Both the position numbers and the translations under genes were made by a program. DNA of 31,681 nucleotides from Candidatus Iainarchaeum sp. GTDB taxonomy: Archaea; Iainarchaeota; Iainarchaeia; Iainarchaeales; DTGL01. The stretch covers positions 1 to 31,681 of the forward strand of contig JAVYME010000008.1 of the NCBI GenBank assembly GCA_038736825.1, read 5' to 3'. The notes below the pieces were generated by a model. It saw only the letters and a list, made by a program, of their open reading frames with translations. It ran no database searches and was not told the DNA's origin. Position 1 is the first letter of the stretch. Every line of letters starts with the position of its first letter. This document shows, piece after piece, positions 1 to 8,506 of this stretch.

Positions 1-2
1 GT

Positions 3-167
3 GAAGTCAGTGCTGAACGAGCCAGGCTTGCAAGGCAAAATTTAAAGGACAGAATGCCTTCAAATTTTGAAGTTAAAACCGCAGAGCAACACTTGAAAAA
101 ATTGCAAGAAAAAAGAGCCAGACTAGCGGCTTCTTTGAGAAAACTGGAAGCAAACCTTTCAACTTGA
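3..167 (+). CDS. 3' end of a CDS truncated by the window edge (54 codons, Lys/Arg/Leu-rich helical tail ...AASLRKLEANLST*); family unknown
   Basis: Frame 3 is open from the window edge to TGA at 165-167. It is absent from the ORF track because there is no start codon inside the window. No recognisable motif. Confidence 0.3.
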   Translation, partial: EVSAERARLARQNLKDRMPSNFEVKTAEQHLKKLQEKRARLAASLRKLEANLST

Positions 168-228
168 ACCATCAAACTTTACAATTGCAATCGCAAGGTA
201 ATAAAACCTTTCAATGCCTTATTTTTGC

Positions 229-1584
229 ATGGGTTTGGGAGAAAAACTTAGAGCGGCAATGGAGCGCTTAAAAAATGCAGCCTTTCTTGACAGAGAAGCA
301 ATAACAGAAGCAGTAAAAGAAATACAGCGCGCCCTGATTTCTTCAGATGTAGACGTAAACCTAGTTTTTAATTTGAGCAAAGAGATAGAGAAAAAAGCCT
401 CTGAAGTTCCACCAAAAGGAATGGACAGGCGCGAGTTCATTATCAAGACAACCTATGACCTGCTTGCAGAACTTTTAGGAGGCCAGCATGAAATCCCAAA
501 AGAACCGAAAAGAATCCTCTTGCTTGGCTTGTTCGGGCAAGGAAAAACAACCACTGCTGGAAAAATCGCGAACTGGTACAAAAAGCGCGGCAGGCATGTT
601 TCCTTGGTTTGTGCAGACGTGCACAGGCCAGCCTCTTTCGAGCAATTGCAACAAGTTTCACAACAAGCAGGAGTTGAATTTTATGGTTTGAAGAATGAAA
701 AAAATGCTGCCAAAATAGTTGAAAGCGCTCTTCGCGAAATAAGAAAACAGGATTTGGTGATAGTTGATTCAGCTGGCCGCTCTGCTCTTGATGAAGAGCT
801 CACAAGAGAAATAATCAGCGTAAAAAATGCCTTTAACCCAGACCAAACCTGGCTTGTATTAAGTGCAGACATAGGCCAGCTTGCAAAAAAACAGGCTTCT
901 GCTTTTCATGAAGCAGTTGGAGTGAATGGCATTATTCTCTCAAAAGCAGACAGTTCTTCCAAGGGCGGTGGAGCTCTTGCTGCTTGCGCTGAAACCCGCG
1001 CGCCAGTGTACTTCATTGGCACTGGGGAAAAGCTAGCTGACCTTGAAGTGTTTGACGCAAAAAGATATTTGGGCAGGATTATGGGTTATGGCGACCTTGA
1101 AGCGCTCTTGGAAAAGGCTAGAGAGGCTGTTGAAGAAAAGGATTTCAAGCCAGAGGATATTCTTGAAGGAGAATTCAATCTTGATGTTTTTTACAAGCAA
1201 TTGGAAGCCACAAGAAAAATGGGGCCTATTTCAAAGGTTGCTGAATTGATGGGTTTAAAAATGCAGATTCCTAAAGAGCAGTTGGAGCTTAGCGAGGAAA
1301 AGCTTGATTCTTTTAAAGTCATAATGGATTCCATGACAAAACAGGAAAAAAAGAATCCAGGCATTATTAACAGGGAGCGCATTGAGCGGATTGCGCGGGG
1401 CAGCGGGAAAAAGCCTGAAGAGGTTAGAGAGCTTTTAAAGCAGTACAGGCAGCTTGAAAAAATGCTGGGCAAGTTCAAAAAGATTGCTGGAAGAAAGGAT
1501 CCTGAGAAAATGGATGAAAAGGATGTTCAGAGGTTGTTGCAAAGGTTTAGTGCTAAAAAGCGGAAGCGTTTGAAGTTTAGGTGA
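229..1584 (+). CDS. srp54: Signal recognition particle protein SRP54 (GTPase)
   Basis: GTPase motifs read in the translation are GLFGQGKTTTAGK (P-loop), VIVDSAGR (DxxG) and LSKADSSSKGGGAL (TKxD/G5). A Met/Lys-rich M-domain follows (MGPISKVAELMGLKMQ...). The ATG at 229 (MGLGEKLRAAMERL) matches the usual SRP54 N-terminus and lies ~26 nt downstream of an A/T box at 197-208. The ORF-track ATG at 214 is the alternative start. Confidence 0.93.
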   Translation: MGLGEKLRAAMERLKNAAFLDREAITEAVKEIQRALISSDVDVNLVFNLSKEIEKKASEVPPKGMDRREFIIKTTYDLLAELLGGQHEIPKEPKRILLLGLFGQGKTTTAGKIANWYKKRGRHVSLVCADVHRPASFEQLQQVSQQAGVEFYGLKNEKNAAKIVESALREIRKQDLVIVDSAGRSALDEELTREIISVKNAFNPDQTWLVLSADIGQLAKKQASAFHEAVGVNGIILSKADSSSKGGGALAACAETRAPVYFIGTGEKLADLEVFDAKRYLGRIMGYGDLEALLEKAREAVEEKDFKPEDILEGEFNLDVFYKQLEATRKMGPISKVAELMGLKMQIPKEQLELSEEKLDSFKVIMDSMTKQEKKNPGIINRERIERIARGSGKKPEEVRELLKQYRQLEKMLGKFKKIAGRKDPEKMDEKDVQRLLQRFSAKKRKRLKFR

Positions 1585-1588
1585 AAAA

Positions 1589-2413
1589 ATGCTTGAAATG
1601 ATTAGATATTTTGTGGTTTTTGCAGGAACTGCAATTTCTGCTTATACTGATTTGAGGACTGGCTTGATTCTTGACAAGGTAACCTATCCCATGATTGCGC
1701 TTGGAATTGTTTTTTCCATTGCAGACGTGTTTTTTTTGAATTCTTTCACGCAATTGGTTGTTCCCTTGCTGGTTTTTGCTTTTTCTTTTTTGCTTTATTA
1801 TTTGGGAAAGCTTGGAGGCGGCGATGTCAAGATTTTTACTGCAATGGCTCTTCTTTTGCCGTCTTTTCAAGGGCAGCCTTTTGTTCTTAATGTTCTCTTG
1901 GTTGCTGCGCTTTCAAGCATTTCAATTCTTTCTGTTTATTTTCTTTTTCGTTATTTTTCTCTCAAGAAAAGGGAAAGGGTTGAACGAAAAGAGAAGGCAA
2001 GGGCTATTTTGCTTGGAATTGCAATAATGCTTTATTTTGCTGTATTTGTTCAACTGGGTTTTATGGGGTTTTTGCAGGCTTTGCTTTTGGGTGTGCCGCT
2101 TTTTTTGGGTGTTTTTGCCATGGCGTTCCAGTCTGGAATTTACAGGGAGTTTTTCTTGAAATATGTTTCGCCAAAAGAGCTTGAGGAGGATGAAATAATT
2201 GCGAAAGAGTTTTTGGAGCCAGCGGTTTTGGCTGAAGCAGGTCTTTCCATTAAAGGGGTTTTGGATTTAAAGGCTGCTGAAAAGCTTGCAAGGGCGGGTG
2301 TGAAAAAAATCCCGGTTTATCGTTCTCTTCCGCCTTTTGCGCCTTTTCTTTTGTTTGGGGTTATTGTTTCTTATTTTGTGCCTGACTTGTTTTCTCTGGT
2401 TTTTTTTCCGTAA
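1589..2413 (+). CDS. A24-family aspartyl membrane peptidase (archaeal prepilin/preflagellin peptidase, FlaK/PibD/EppA-like)
   Basis: Polytopic membrane protein with both catalytic-Asp motifs, AYTDLRTG (Asp1) and LGGGDVKIF (GxGD, Asp2). The C-terminal part (EEDEIIAKEFL ... IPVYRSLPPFAPFLLFG) is typical of the archaeal members. It starts 5 nt after the srp54 stop. Confidence 0.75.
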   Translation: MLEMIRYFVVFAGTAISAYTDLRTGLILDKVTYPMIALGIVFSIADVFFLNSFTQLVVPLLVFAFSFLLYYLGKLGGGDVKIFTAMALLLPSFQGQPFVLNVLLVAALSSISILSVYFLFRYFSLKKRERVERKEKARAILLGIAIMLYFAVFVQLGFMGFLQALLLGVPLFLGVFAMAFQSGIYREFFLKYVSPKELEEDEIIAKEFLEPAVLAEAGLSIKGVLDLKAAEKLARAGVKKIPVYRSLPPFAPFLLFGVIVSYFVPDLFSLVFFP

Positions 2414-2702
2414 GGCTTGTTTTTCTTGTATGATTGCATTTCATGCAAGTGATTTTTAGTGTGCTGCCTTGCACTCTTATTTTTGCATTTTTTCCTTCTT
2501 GGAGGTAGGACTGGCATTTCTTGCAATAGTTTTTTTTCAGTTTCCAGGGAATGCGTTCATTGCATCTTTTTCCTATTGCGATTGCAATTTTTACATAGCG
2601 GTGGCTTCTTTCAGGGTGTGCCGAGAATTCTTTTTTTGCGAGTTCAAAGAGGCGGTTAATGCGCTCTCTTGCAATTCTGCTGATTATTTCTCTTTTGTTC
2701 AT
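2361..2702 (-). CDS. rnp4: RNase P protein component 4 (Rpp21/Rpr2 family)
   Basis: Basic helical N-half (ARERINRLFELAKKEF..HPERSHRYVKIAIAIGKR) followed by a zinc ribbon, CKKC ... CMKC. The ATG at 2702 overlaps the stop of the upstream Nudix gene (ATGA). The ORF-track start at 2744 would add 14 residues. The 3' end overlaps the convergent peptidase gene by 53 nt. Confidence 0.8.
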   Translation of the reverse strand: MNKREIISRIARERINRLFELAKKEFSAHPERSHRYVKIAIAIGKRCNERIPWKLKKNYCKKCQSYLQEGKNAKIRVQGSTLKITCMKCNHTRKTSLTEKKPEKTSQAQNKKQ

Positions 2703-3202
2703 GTTTTTTCCTTCAAATAATTGTAAAACATTTCTTTGAACCAAGGAGTGAATTTTTCCCTTTCTTTGAGCATGCTTTTTATTTCTTGAATTGAGAAAAA
2801 CCTTCCGTCAAAGCTTTCTTTTTTGTTTTCTGAAATTTTTCCGTCATAAGTGCATTTCCAGAGTTCTGAAAATTCGCAGTTTTTTTCCGGATAGCAGTTT
2901 TTTGTTTCAGCAATTTTTTCCAAGCGAACCCCAGTTATTCCTAATTCTTCTTTCAATCCCCTTATTGCTGCTTGCTCAAAGCTTTCGTTTGGTTTTAGGT
3001 GTTCGCCTACGTCTTCCCAGTGCAGCGGGTAGAATTCTTTGTTTTCGGCTCTTTTTTTAAGGAAGAGTTTGCCGCTGGAATTGAAAACCCATACGTGCAC
3101 TCCCTTATGCCAAAAACCCTCAGTATGTATAAAACTTCTCGGGGCTTTTCCTTTGAACGCCCCATAACCTGAAAAGTATTCTATTTCCTCTTCTTGTTCC
3201 AT
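2699..3202 (-). CDS. Nudix-family hydrolase
   Basis: Nudix box GEHLKPNESFEQAAIRGLKEELGI fits Gx5Ex7R.LxEExG[IL]. Size is 167 aa. It is stop/start-coupled to rnp4. Confidence 0.8.
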   Translation of the reverse strand: MEQEEEIEYFSGYGAFKGKAPRSFIHTEGFWHKGVHVWVFNSSGKLFLKKRAENKEFYPLHWEDVGEHLKPNESFEQAAIRGLKEELGITGVRLEKIAETKNCYPEKNCEFSELWKCTYDGKISENKKESFDGRFFSIQEIKSMLKEREKFTPWFKEMFYNYLKEKT

Positions 3203-3211
3203 TTTTTCCCT

Positions 3212-3661
3212 TCAAAGGATTTTTTTCAAATAGGTTAAGCCGTATTCCTTGAAATTGTTTTTTTGATAAAAAACAAAGGCAAAGGCTTTTTTGTGTGATA
3301 ATAATGAAATCACTTTGAATCCTTTTTTTGCAAGTTTTTTTTCAATCAACTGAAGGGTTTTTTTGCCTATTCCCTGTCCTTGGAATTCTTCCGCTATAAT
3401 GAATTCTTCTATGAAATAGCCCTTGCCTTCGGGTTCAAAATGGCTTTCCCACCCGAAAACCATTCCTGTGCGCTTTTCGCCCTTCATTGCAATAAAGCAA
3501 AGCCTTGGCTCTCTTTGCATTGCCTTTTTTACTGCATTCCATGCCTTTCCTTTAGACCATTTTTCATTGTAGGGCTTTTTTCCGAACTCTTTCCTTATGA
3601 GCTCTGCACAAAAAGCAATATCGCTTTTTTGCGCTTGCCTTAGCCAAACCTTTTCTTTCAT
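3212..3661 (-). CDS. GNAT-family N-acetyltransferase
   Basis: Acetyl-CoA binding motif A, QGQGIGKKTLQLIEKKLAKKGF. Typical ~150-aa size. It lies 9 nt upstream of the Nudix gene. Confidence 0.8.
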   Translation of the reverse strand: MKEKVWLRQAQKSDIAFCAELIRKEFGKKPYNEKWSKGKAWNAVKKAMQREPRLCFIAMKGEKRTGMVFGWESHFEPEGKGYFIEEFIIAEEFQGQGIGKKTLQLIEKKLAKKGFKVISLLSHKKAFAFVFYQKNNFKEYGLTYLKKIL

Positions 3662-3674
3662 GTTTTTTGCCGAG

Positions 3675-3746
3675 TGCGGCTGCTGGGATTCGAACCCAGG
3701 ACAAGAGCTTGGAGGGCTCCGATGATGACCACTTCACCACAGCCGC
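3675..3746 (-). tRNA. tRNA-Gly (anticodon UCC under the standard fold), no encoded CCA
   Basis: The reverse complement folds as a cloverleaf: GCGGCTG-TG-GTGA-AGTGGTCA-TCAT-C-GGAGC-CCTCCAA-GCTCT-TGTC-CTGGG-TTCGAAT-CCCAG-CAGCCGC-A. The T-loop is TTCGAAT and the discriminator is A. The anticodon loop reads CCUCCAA, so position 33 is C rather than U (see findings). Confidence 0.8.
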
Positions 3747-3847
3747 TCTGACATTAAAGAAATGTCTTGGTTTTGTTTTTAATGGTTTTCTTTGGCTTCA
3801 TGGTTTTGTTTTTATTCTTTTTTGTATTGCTATATGCAGTGGTTAGA

Positions 3848-4468
3848 ATGGGCGGAAAATTTATTGTTTTTGAGGGCGTTGACGGCAGCGGCAAGGGCAC
3901 AATGCTGGCAAAAACCGCTGAATGGCTTTTCAATTGTTGTACTGAGCACGACAAAATAGTGCTCACTCGCGAGCCAACTTTTTCAGGTTATGGCGCCCAA
4001 ATAAGAAGGGCTTTAAAAGCAGACCACGAGCCCATGACCAAAGCAAAACAGCTCTTGAATCTCTATTTTCAGGACCGCAAAGAGCACATAAACAAACTGA
4101 TAAAACCCGCATTGCAGCTTGGCTCGATTGTCTTGTGCGACCGCTACAAGTATTCCACTATTGCTTACCAGCACGCGCAAGGCATTCCAATGGAAACCAT
4201 TATTGCAATGCACAAGCGCCTTTTAGTGCCAGACCTGGTTTTGATTTTGGATGTTGAGCCAAAAACTGCAATGAAAAGAATCAGGACTGGAAGGTCAAGC
4301 ATTGAAAAATTTGAAAAAGACTTTTTCATAGAGGAAATAAGGCAAAACTATTTGAACATAAAAAAAGCCCTGCCTGAAGAACCAATAAGGCTGATTGATG
4401 CCAATGGAGAGCCAGAGGAAGTCTTCCTCAAAGTGAAAAAGGAAATCCAGAAAACCCTCAAAACCTAA
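3848..4468 (+). CDS. tmk: Thymidylate kinase (dTMP kinase)
   Basis: P-loop FEGVDGSGKGT, DRY motif (CDRYKYSTIAYQ) and a lid-like RTGRSSIEKFE. The ATG at 3848 (MGGKFIVFEG) is preferred. The 27 extra residues from the ORF-track start at 3767 are a Phe/Leu/Val translation of T-rich promoter DNA. A TATAT box sits at 3821-3825, about 25 nt upstream. Confidence 0.9.
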   Translation: MGGKFIVFEGVDGSGKGTMLAKTAEWLFNCCTEHDKIVLTREPTFSGYGAQIRRALKADHEPMTKAKQLLNLYFQDRKEHINKLIKPALQLGSIVLCDRYKYSTIAYQHAQGIPMETIIAMHKRLLVPDLVLILDVEPKTAMKRIRTGRSSIEKFEKDFFIEEIRQNYLNIKKALPEEPIRLIDANGEPEEVFLKVKKEIQKTLKT

Positions 4469-4515
4469 AGAAAAATATAATAACCTCCTTTACCTAATTC
4501 TACTGGTGTTTTTTT

Positions 4516-5544
4516 ATGGTTGATATAGGAAACGTGATAACTTTTTCTTTTGCCTGGCACAAAAACATGAAATTTTTGAAATATTTTTTCCTTTTGCTTT
4601 TGCTGCACTTGGCTTTCTGGATTGTTTTTGTGCTTGCTTTTTTAGCCTTTTTTGGTGAGTACCTTTCTCTCCTCTTTTCAAACCCAGATTCTTTACTGCA
4701 ATCCCTTGCCCTTGACTGGTCAAGCAGTGCATTCCTTTACAAAATTATTTTTTACATTTTAACAGTTTTTGTGATTTCACTCTTGTTTTTGGTTTTTGAA
4801 GTATATGTTCACGCCCTAATATTCCTGTTCGCCTTTCAGGAAAAGGGCTTTTCTACAGCCCCCTTTGGTTTCAACAAGGTTTTAGGCTTAATCGGTCTTG
4901 GCATTATTTCCTTTTTTGCAGCGCTCTTTTATTCTTTTGACGAAAGCTTGAGGAAATGGCATTGGCTTAGCCTTGCAGGCTTGTTTTTTTCCATCCTTTT
5001 GATGTTAATGTTGTTTTTTTCCCCCCTTTTATTTGTTTTTGGATTGCTTTTGTTTTTGCCTTGTTTTTTGTTTTATTTGTATTTTGTTTTAGTCAACAGC
5101 CTCAGAATGACTGCAAGCATGGCGATTTTTTTGCAAGAAGAAAAAGGCGTTGTGGAATCACTCAAGGAATCATTTAACCTAACAAAAGGTCATTTGATTG
5201 AAATATTTGTCTGCAATCTGGCGATTGCCGTAATTGTGGGAGTGGTTTCTTCTATCTTTGTGTTTGTTTTCGGCAGCCTTTTAGGTTTTGCTCTTCTGCC
5301 TTTCCTTCCACCCATACAGCTTCCTTTCAATGTGCCAAAGAACTTTGTGATGACTGGCCTTGAACCCGGAGGCAATACTTTCAACCCATCTTTTTTTGTT
5401 GGAGAGCAATTTGCTTCCCTGCTTTTTTCACCCTTTTCTTTCTTGATAGGGGCTTTTGCAGCAATAGGCATTTATTCTGAGCTTTTAAAAGACAGGGAAG
5501 CCGCTTCTATGGCTTCAAGCCAAAAGGCTTCTGTTGCAAAATAG
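4516..5544 (+). CDS. Polytopic integral membrane protein, unknown function
   Basis: Long ORF with multiple Phe/Leu-rich hydrophobic helices and one amphipathic loop (QEEKGVVESLKESFNLTKGHLIE). The ATG at 4567 (MKFLKYFFLLLL) is an equally plausible start. No catalytic motif recognised. Confidence 0.6.
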   Translation: MVDIGNVITFSFAWHKNMKFLKYFFLLLLLHLAFWIVFVLAFLAFFGEYLSLLFSNPDSLLQSLALDWSSSAFLYKIIFYILTVFVISLLFLVFEVYVHALIFLFAFQEKGFSTAPFGFNKVLGLIGLGIISFFAALFYSFDESLRKWHWLSLAGLFFSILLMLMLFFSPLLFVFGLLLFLPCFLFYLYFVLVNSLRMTASMAIFLQEEKGVVESLKESFNLTKGHLIEIFVCNLAIAVIVGVVSSIFVFVFGSLLGFALLPFLPPIQLPFNVPKNFVMTGLEPGGNTFNPSFFVGEQFASLLFSPFSFLIGAFAAIGIYSELLKDREAASMASSQKASVAK

Positions 5545-5546
5545 AG

Positions 5547-5618
5547 TGCGGTCGCCGGGATTCGAACCCGGGTCACAACCTTGGCAAGGTTGAATCCTAA
5601 CCACTAGACTACGACCGC
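5547..5618 (-). tRNA. tRNA-Gly (GCC), no encoded CCA
   Basis: Reverse complement: GCGGTCG-TA-GTCT-AGTGGTTA-GGAT-T-CAACC-TTGCCAA-GGTTG-TGAC-CCGGG-TTCGAAT-CCCGG-CGACCGC-A. A TTTAAAT box at 5648-5654 lies ~30 nt upstream. Confidence 0.92.
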
Positions 5619-5663
5619 TGTGTGATTAACAATTCTGCATGATTACCTTTAAATTGTTTTTAG

Positions 5664-5736
5664 TGGGCCTGGGCGGAATCGAACCGCCGACCTCCACCTT
5701 GTAAGGGTGGCATCCTAACCGCTAGACGACAAGCCC
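5664..5736 (-). tRNA. tRNA-Val (UAC), no encoded CCA
   Basis: Reverse complement: GGGCTTG-TC-GTCT-AGCGGTTA-GGAT-G-CCACC-CTTACAA-GGTGG-AGGTC-GGCGG-TTCGATT-CCGCC-CAGGCCC-A. A TTTAAAA box at 5762-5769 lies ~26-33 nt upstream. Confidence 0.92.
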
Positions 5737-5849
5737 TCTCTAATTTTTTTTTCTAAAACTGTTTAAAAGAACACTTATTGGAACCAAAAAACACAAAGTA
5801 TTAAATAGTTGAAGATTGTTATTTTTTGAGTTTTTGAGGCGGTGTTGAA

Positions 5850-6482
5850 ATGTTGAATATTTTGATGAACCCAGTTGAGGAATTTCTTAAGGCAAAGCAG
5901 CAGAAAAACCTTTGGCATTCGCTTGTTGTTTTGCTTTTGGAATGCATTATTTTTACTTTGGGTTTTGCTATATGGTTGTATGGTATTTCTATGACGAGCT
6001 CTAATATTGACTGGGTAAGCTATGCAGTGATTGTTTTGAGTGTTTTTGTTGCTTTTCTTGTTTTTAACCTTTTTGTCGGTTATCTTTACAGGCTGATTTT
6101 CAGGATTTTGACAGACAAGGGTTCCTTTTTTGAGGCAATCACAGTACTAGCATATTCTGGGTTGATTTCCTCAATCGGATTTCTTGTCTATGCTTTTGCC
6201 ACCCTAATCACTGCTTTTTTAAAAGGCAATGCAATATTGGGAATATTGACTGTGGTGCTTTTGTTTGCCGGTTTTATAGTGTTGTTTGTTTTTTCTTATA
6301 AGGCTATTGCTGTCATGTTCAGGGGTTTCAAGGAATTGTTTGAAACAGATTCAGCCACTGTGCTGGCAGCATATGCTTTATTCTGGCTTCCGATTTTGCT
6401 AGCCATGCTTTATATCATTTTTATAGTTGGGGTAATTAGCATGTTCGGGCCTAGATTTTGGGCGCTTGGAGTAATGCCATAG
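5850..6482 (+). CDS. Five-helix membrane protein, Yip1-domain-like
   Basis: A short soluble N-terminus (NPVEEFLKAKQQKNLWHS) is followed by five hydrophobic helices, the layout of Yip1/DUF1282-type proteins. A GAGG Shine-Dalgarno-like element lies 9 nt upstream of the ATG. The family call is tentative. Confidence 0.55.
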   Translation: MLNILMNPVEEFLKAKQQKNLWHSLVVLLLECIIFTLGFAIWLYGISMTSSNIDWVSYAVIVLSVFVAFLVFNLFVGYLYRLIFRILTDKGSFFEAITVLAYSGLISSIGFLVYAFATLITAFLKGNAILGILTVVLLFAGFIVLFVFSYKAIAVMFRGFKELFETDSATVLAAYALFWLPILLAMLYIIFIVGVISMFGPRFWALGVMP

Positions 6483-6507
6483 CCCAGTTTAGGCTTTTTT
6501 TAGGTGA

Positions 6508-6536
6508 GGGCAAAGCCTTTGCCCTTTTCTTTTTTA
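6508..6536 (+). terminator. Hairpin plus oligo-T tract downstream of the 5850-6482 gene
   Basis: GGGCAAAG-C-CTTTGCCC inverted repeat at 6508-6524, directly followed by TTTTCTTTTTTATT. A second T6-7 tract lies at 6495-6501. Oligo-T tracts are archaeal termination signals. Confidence 0.5.
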
Positions 6537-6617
6537 TTGTTTTCTAGTCATTTTTCAAAATCAACAGATATCTTTAAATACTGCTTTTGCCTATTAACTA
6601 CTGGTTTTTACTGTTAG

Positions 6618-7094
6618 ATGGTGGTTTGCTTGAAAATGGATTTGTTGTTTGTCATTGGCGGAAAGAATTTTCAGTTGCCAAAACTAATTGGGGCGTTTCT
6701 TGTGGCTGTTGCTATTTTAATGTTGTTTCAAAGCGTGGCACACATGTTTAATGTGTGGGATGCCTTAAAGGATTACCCTAAATGCATTCAGGATGCCGTG
6801 GATCCAACACTGGAGATTTCGCAAGCTCAAGTAAAGTATTCTCAGTGCACTGAAAACCTTTACAGGATCACTGGCATTCAAGTTCGTTACAAGCAAACCG
6901 ATCTTTCCATGAGGCAGTACTGGGGGGCTCTTATTGCTCCGGTTGTCAGTATTTTTATTTGGGCAATAGTGTTCTTTTTTGGAATAATCTTTTACAATAC
7001 TGGAAAGATAATCATTCCAATTGAGAATGTGCAAAAAAAGTTTGATGCAAGAAAGCCTGAATCTCTTAAAAAGAAAAAGCCGGAGGCAAAATAG
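6618..7094 (+). CDS. Small two-helix membrane protein with a Lys-rich C-terminal tail, unknown function
   Basis: ORF with two hydrophobic helices (LIGAFLVAVAILMLF; VVSIFIWAIVFFFGIIFY), a loop containing two Cys, and a KKKKPEAK tail. The ATG at 6636 is an alternative start. Confidence 0.5.
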   Translation: MVVCLKMDLLFVIGGKNFQLPKLIGAFLVAVAILMLFQSVAHMFNVWDALKDYPKCIQDAVDPTLEISQAQVKYSQCTENLYRITGIQVRYKQTDLSMRQYWGALIAPVVSIFIWAIVFFFGIIFYNTGKIIIPIENVQKKFDARKPESLKKKKPEAK

Positions 7095-7108
7095 CCTCCA
7101 ATATTTTT

Positions 7109-8506
7109 TTATTGTATTATTATTGTTTTTGTTTTTGTTGATCCTTCTATTTTTCCTTCTTTGGCTGCCACTAGTGTTGAAATCCCGCTCTCTTCAGCTG
7201 CATCCAACAACCTCTTGGTTATGATTCCGTCCAATACCACTGTTTTTGCCTCTTTGTGTTTTTTCATTGTTTTTAACAGGTCTCTAACGCTTACTTCTTC
7301 CAATTCTTTCATTTTTTCGTCAAAGATTCTGGCTTTCAAAGTGCCTTTTAATGCATCCATTATAGGCTTGAATTGCTCTATTTCTTGCTGTGTCGGCAGG
7401 TTTTTGGATTGTTTTTCCTGTAAAGCGTTTTTTTCTTCTGGGAATGGCACTTCTTCCAAGGGCGCTTCATCGGTTTTGCGCTCTATTATTGGAGGCCTTG
7501 GCACGAACCTTGTTATTCCCTGGAATGGCTTTATTCCAAACCTTTGCTCGCGCTGGAATGGTTCCATTTTGTGTTCGCCGAAAGGTTTTGGCTGGAATGG
7601 CTTGAGTTGGTTTTGGTTTGTATAGCTTGGAGATGTTGAAAGCGGCACGCGAGCAATTGGGCTTTTTTCAAGGGTTTCTCTTTTTTCCATTTCTTCGGTT
7701 AAGGGCAGCTTGTGCCTTAAAGCCATTATTATTTCTTTTCTTGTAAGTTCTTCCACTTCTTTGCCGTCTGGGGCTCTTGCGACAAAATCAACATCCGTGA
7801 GCGCTGCAAGTTTTCTCAGGTTTAGTTCGCCGCCCCTGTCTCCGTCAATGAACACTGTAATGGATTTTTTTTTGCCAAGTTCTATTATTGTGGGACTGAT
7901 TTTGGAGCCATCCATTCCAATAACGTTTTTTATGCTGTTTTTTAACAGGTTTATTACGTCCGCTCTTCCCTCAACCAGTATTATTGAGTCAGAACTGTCT
8001 ATTGCTGGCCCTGCAGGCAGCTTGTCTGGACCATATGTGCTGATTTCGCTTGTCCTCACTCTTTCTCTTACAAGTTGCGCTATTTCTTCGCTTTCAGGAA
8101 TTTGTTCGCGCATGAGTTTTTCTAGTAATTCTTGCGCTCTGTTGACAACCTCTTCTCTTTTCTTGGTTCTCGTGTCTATTATTTCTTTGACTGTAAGGGT
8201 TGCCTTGCATGGCCCAACTTTGTCCACTGTTTCTATTGCTGCTGCCAGAATGCTTGTTTCAACCATGTCCATTGAGCTCGGAATAACTATTTTTCCGGTT
8301 GTTGTGCCGCCCATGACTGTGTGGGATATCAAAATGCGGCCTATTTTTCCATTTTTTTGGAGTTCGCGCAAGTCTAGTTCTTCTCCGAGCAAGCCTTCGC
8401 TTTGTCCAAAGATTGCGCCAATAATGTCGTGTTTGTCCACTACACCGTCTATTTTGAATGTTGCGGTTATTTCGTATTTTACCGCGCTAACATATGTTTT
8501 TGCCAT
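7109..8506 (-). CDS. dnaG: Archaeal-type DNA primase DnaG (Toprim domain protein)
   Basis: Characteristic N-terminus YVSAVKYEITATFKIDGVVDKHDIIGAIFGQSEGLLG. Toprim motifs are ILVEGRADV (Glu) and VFIDGDRGG (DxD). An SD-like GGAAGTG lies 5 nt upstream of the ATG. Confidence 0.92.
   Translation of the reverse strand: MAKTYVSAVKYEITATFKIDGVVDKHDIIGAIFGQSEGLLGEELDLRELQKNGKIGRILISHTVMGGTTTGKIVIPSSMDMVETSILAAAIETVDKVGPCKATLTVKEIIDTRTKKREEVVNRAQELLEKLMREQIPESEEIAQLVRERVRTSEISTYGPDKLPAGPAIDSSDSIILVEGRADVINLLKNSIKNVIGMDGSKISPTIIELGKKKSITVFIDGDRGGELNLRKLAALTDVDFVARAPDGKEVEELTRKEIIMALRHKLPLTEEMEKRETLEKSPIARVPLSTSPSYTNQNQLKPFQPKPFGEHKMEPFQREQRFGIKPFQGITRFVPRPPIIERKTDEAPLEEVPFPEEKNALQEKQSKNLPTQQEIEQFKPIMDALKGTLKARIFDEKMKELEEVSVRDLLKTMKKHKEAKTVVLDGIITKRLLDAAEESGISTLVAAKEGKIEGSTKTKTIIIQ

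Noticed and set aside
3767-3847. N-terminal extensions offered by the ORF track: tmk from 3767, hjc from TTG 9013, the DUF167 gene from 8964, pth2 from TTG 11245, rnp4 from 2744
   Set aside because: The extra residues are Phe/Leu-rich translations of T-rich promoter DNA, or they start at TTG. Internal ATGs reproduce the family-typical N-termini and sit at TATA-compatible distances.
3675-5736. tRNA genes as attachment sites for an integrated element explaining the accessory islands
   Set aside because: No integrase, recombinase or transposase ORF is present. I did not spot a direct repeat of a tRNA 3' half elsewhere in the window. The surface and rSAM islands lie more than 5 kb from the tRNAs, with core genes (dnaG, hjc, pth2) in between.
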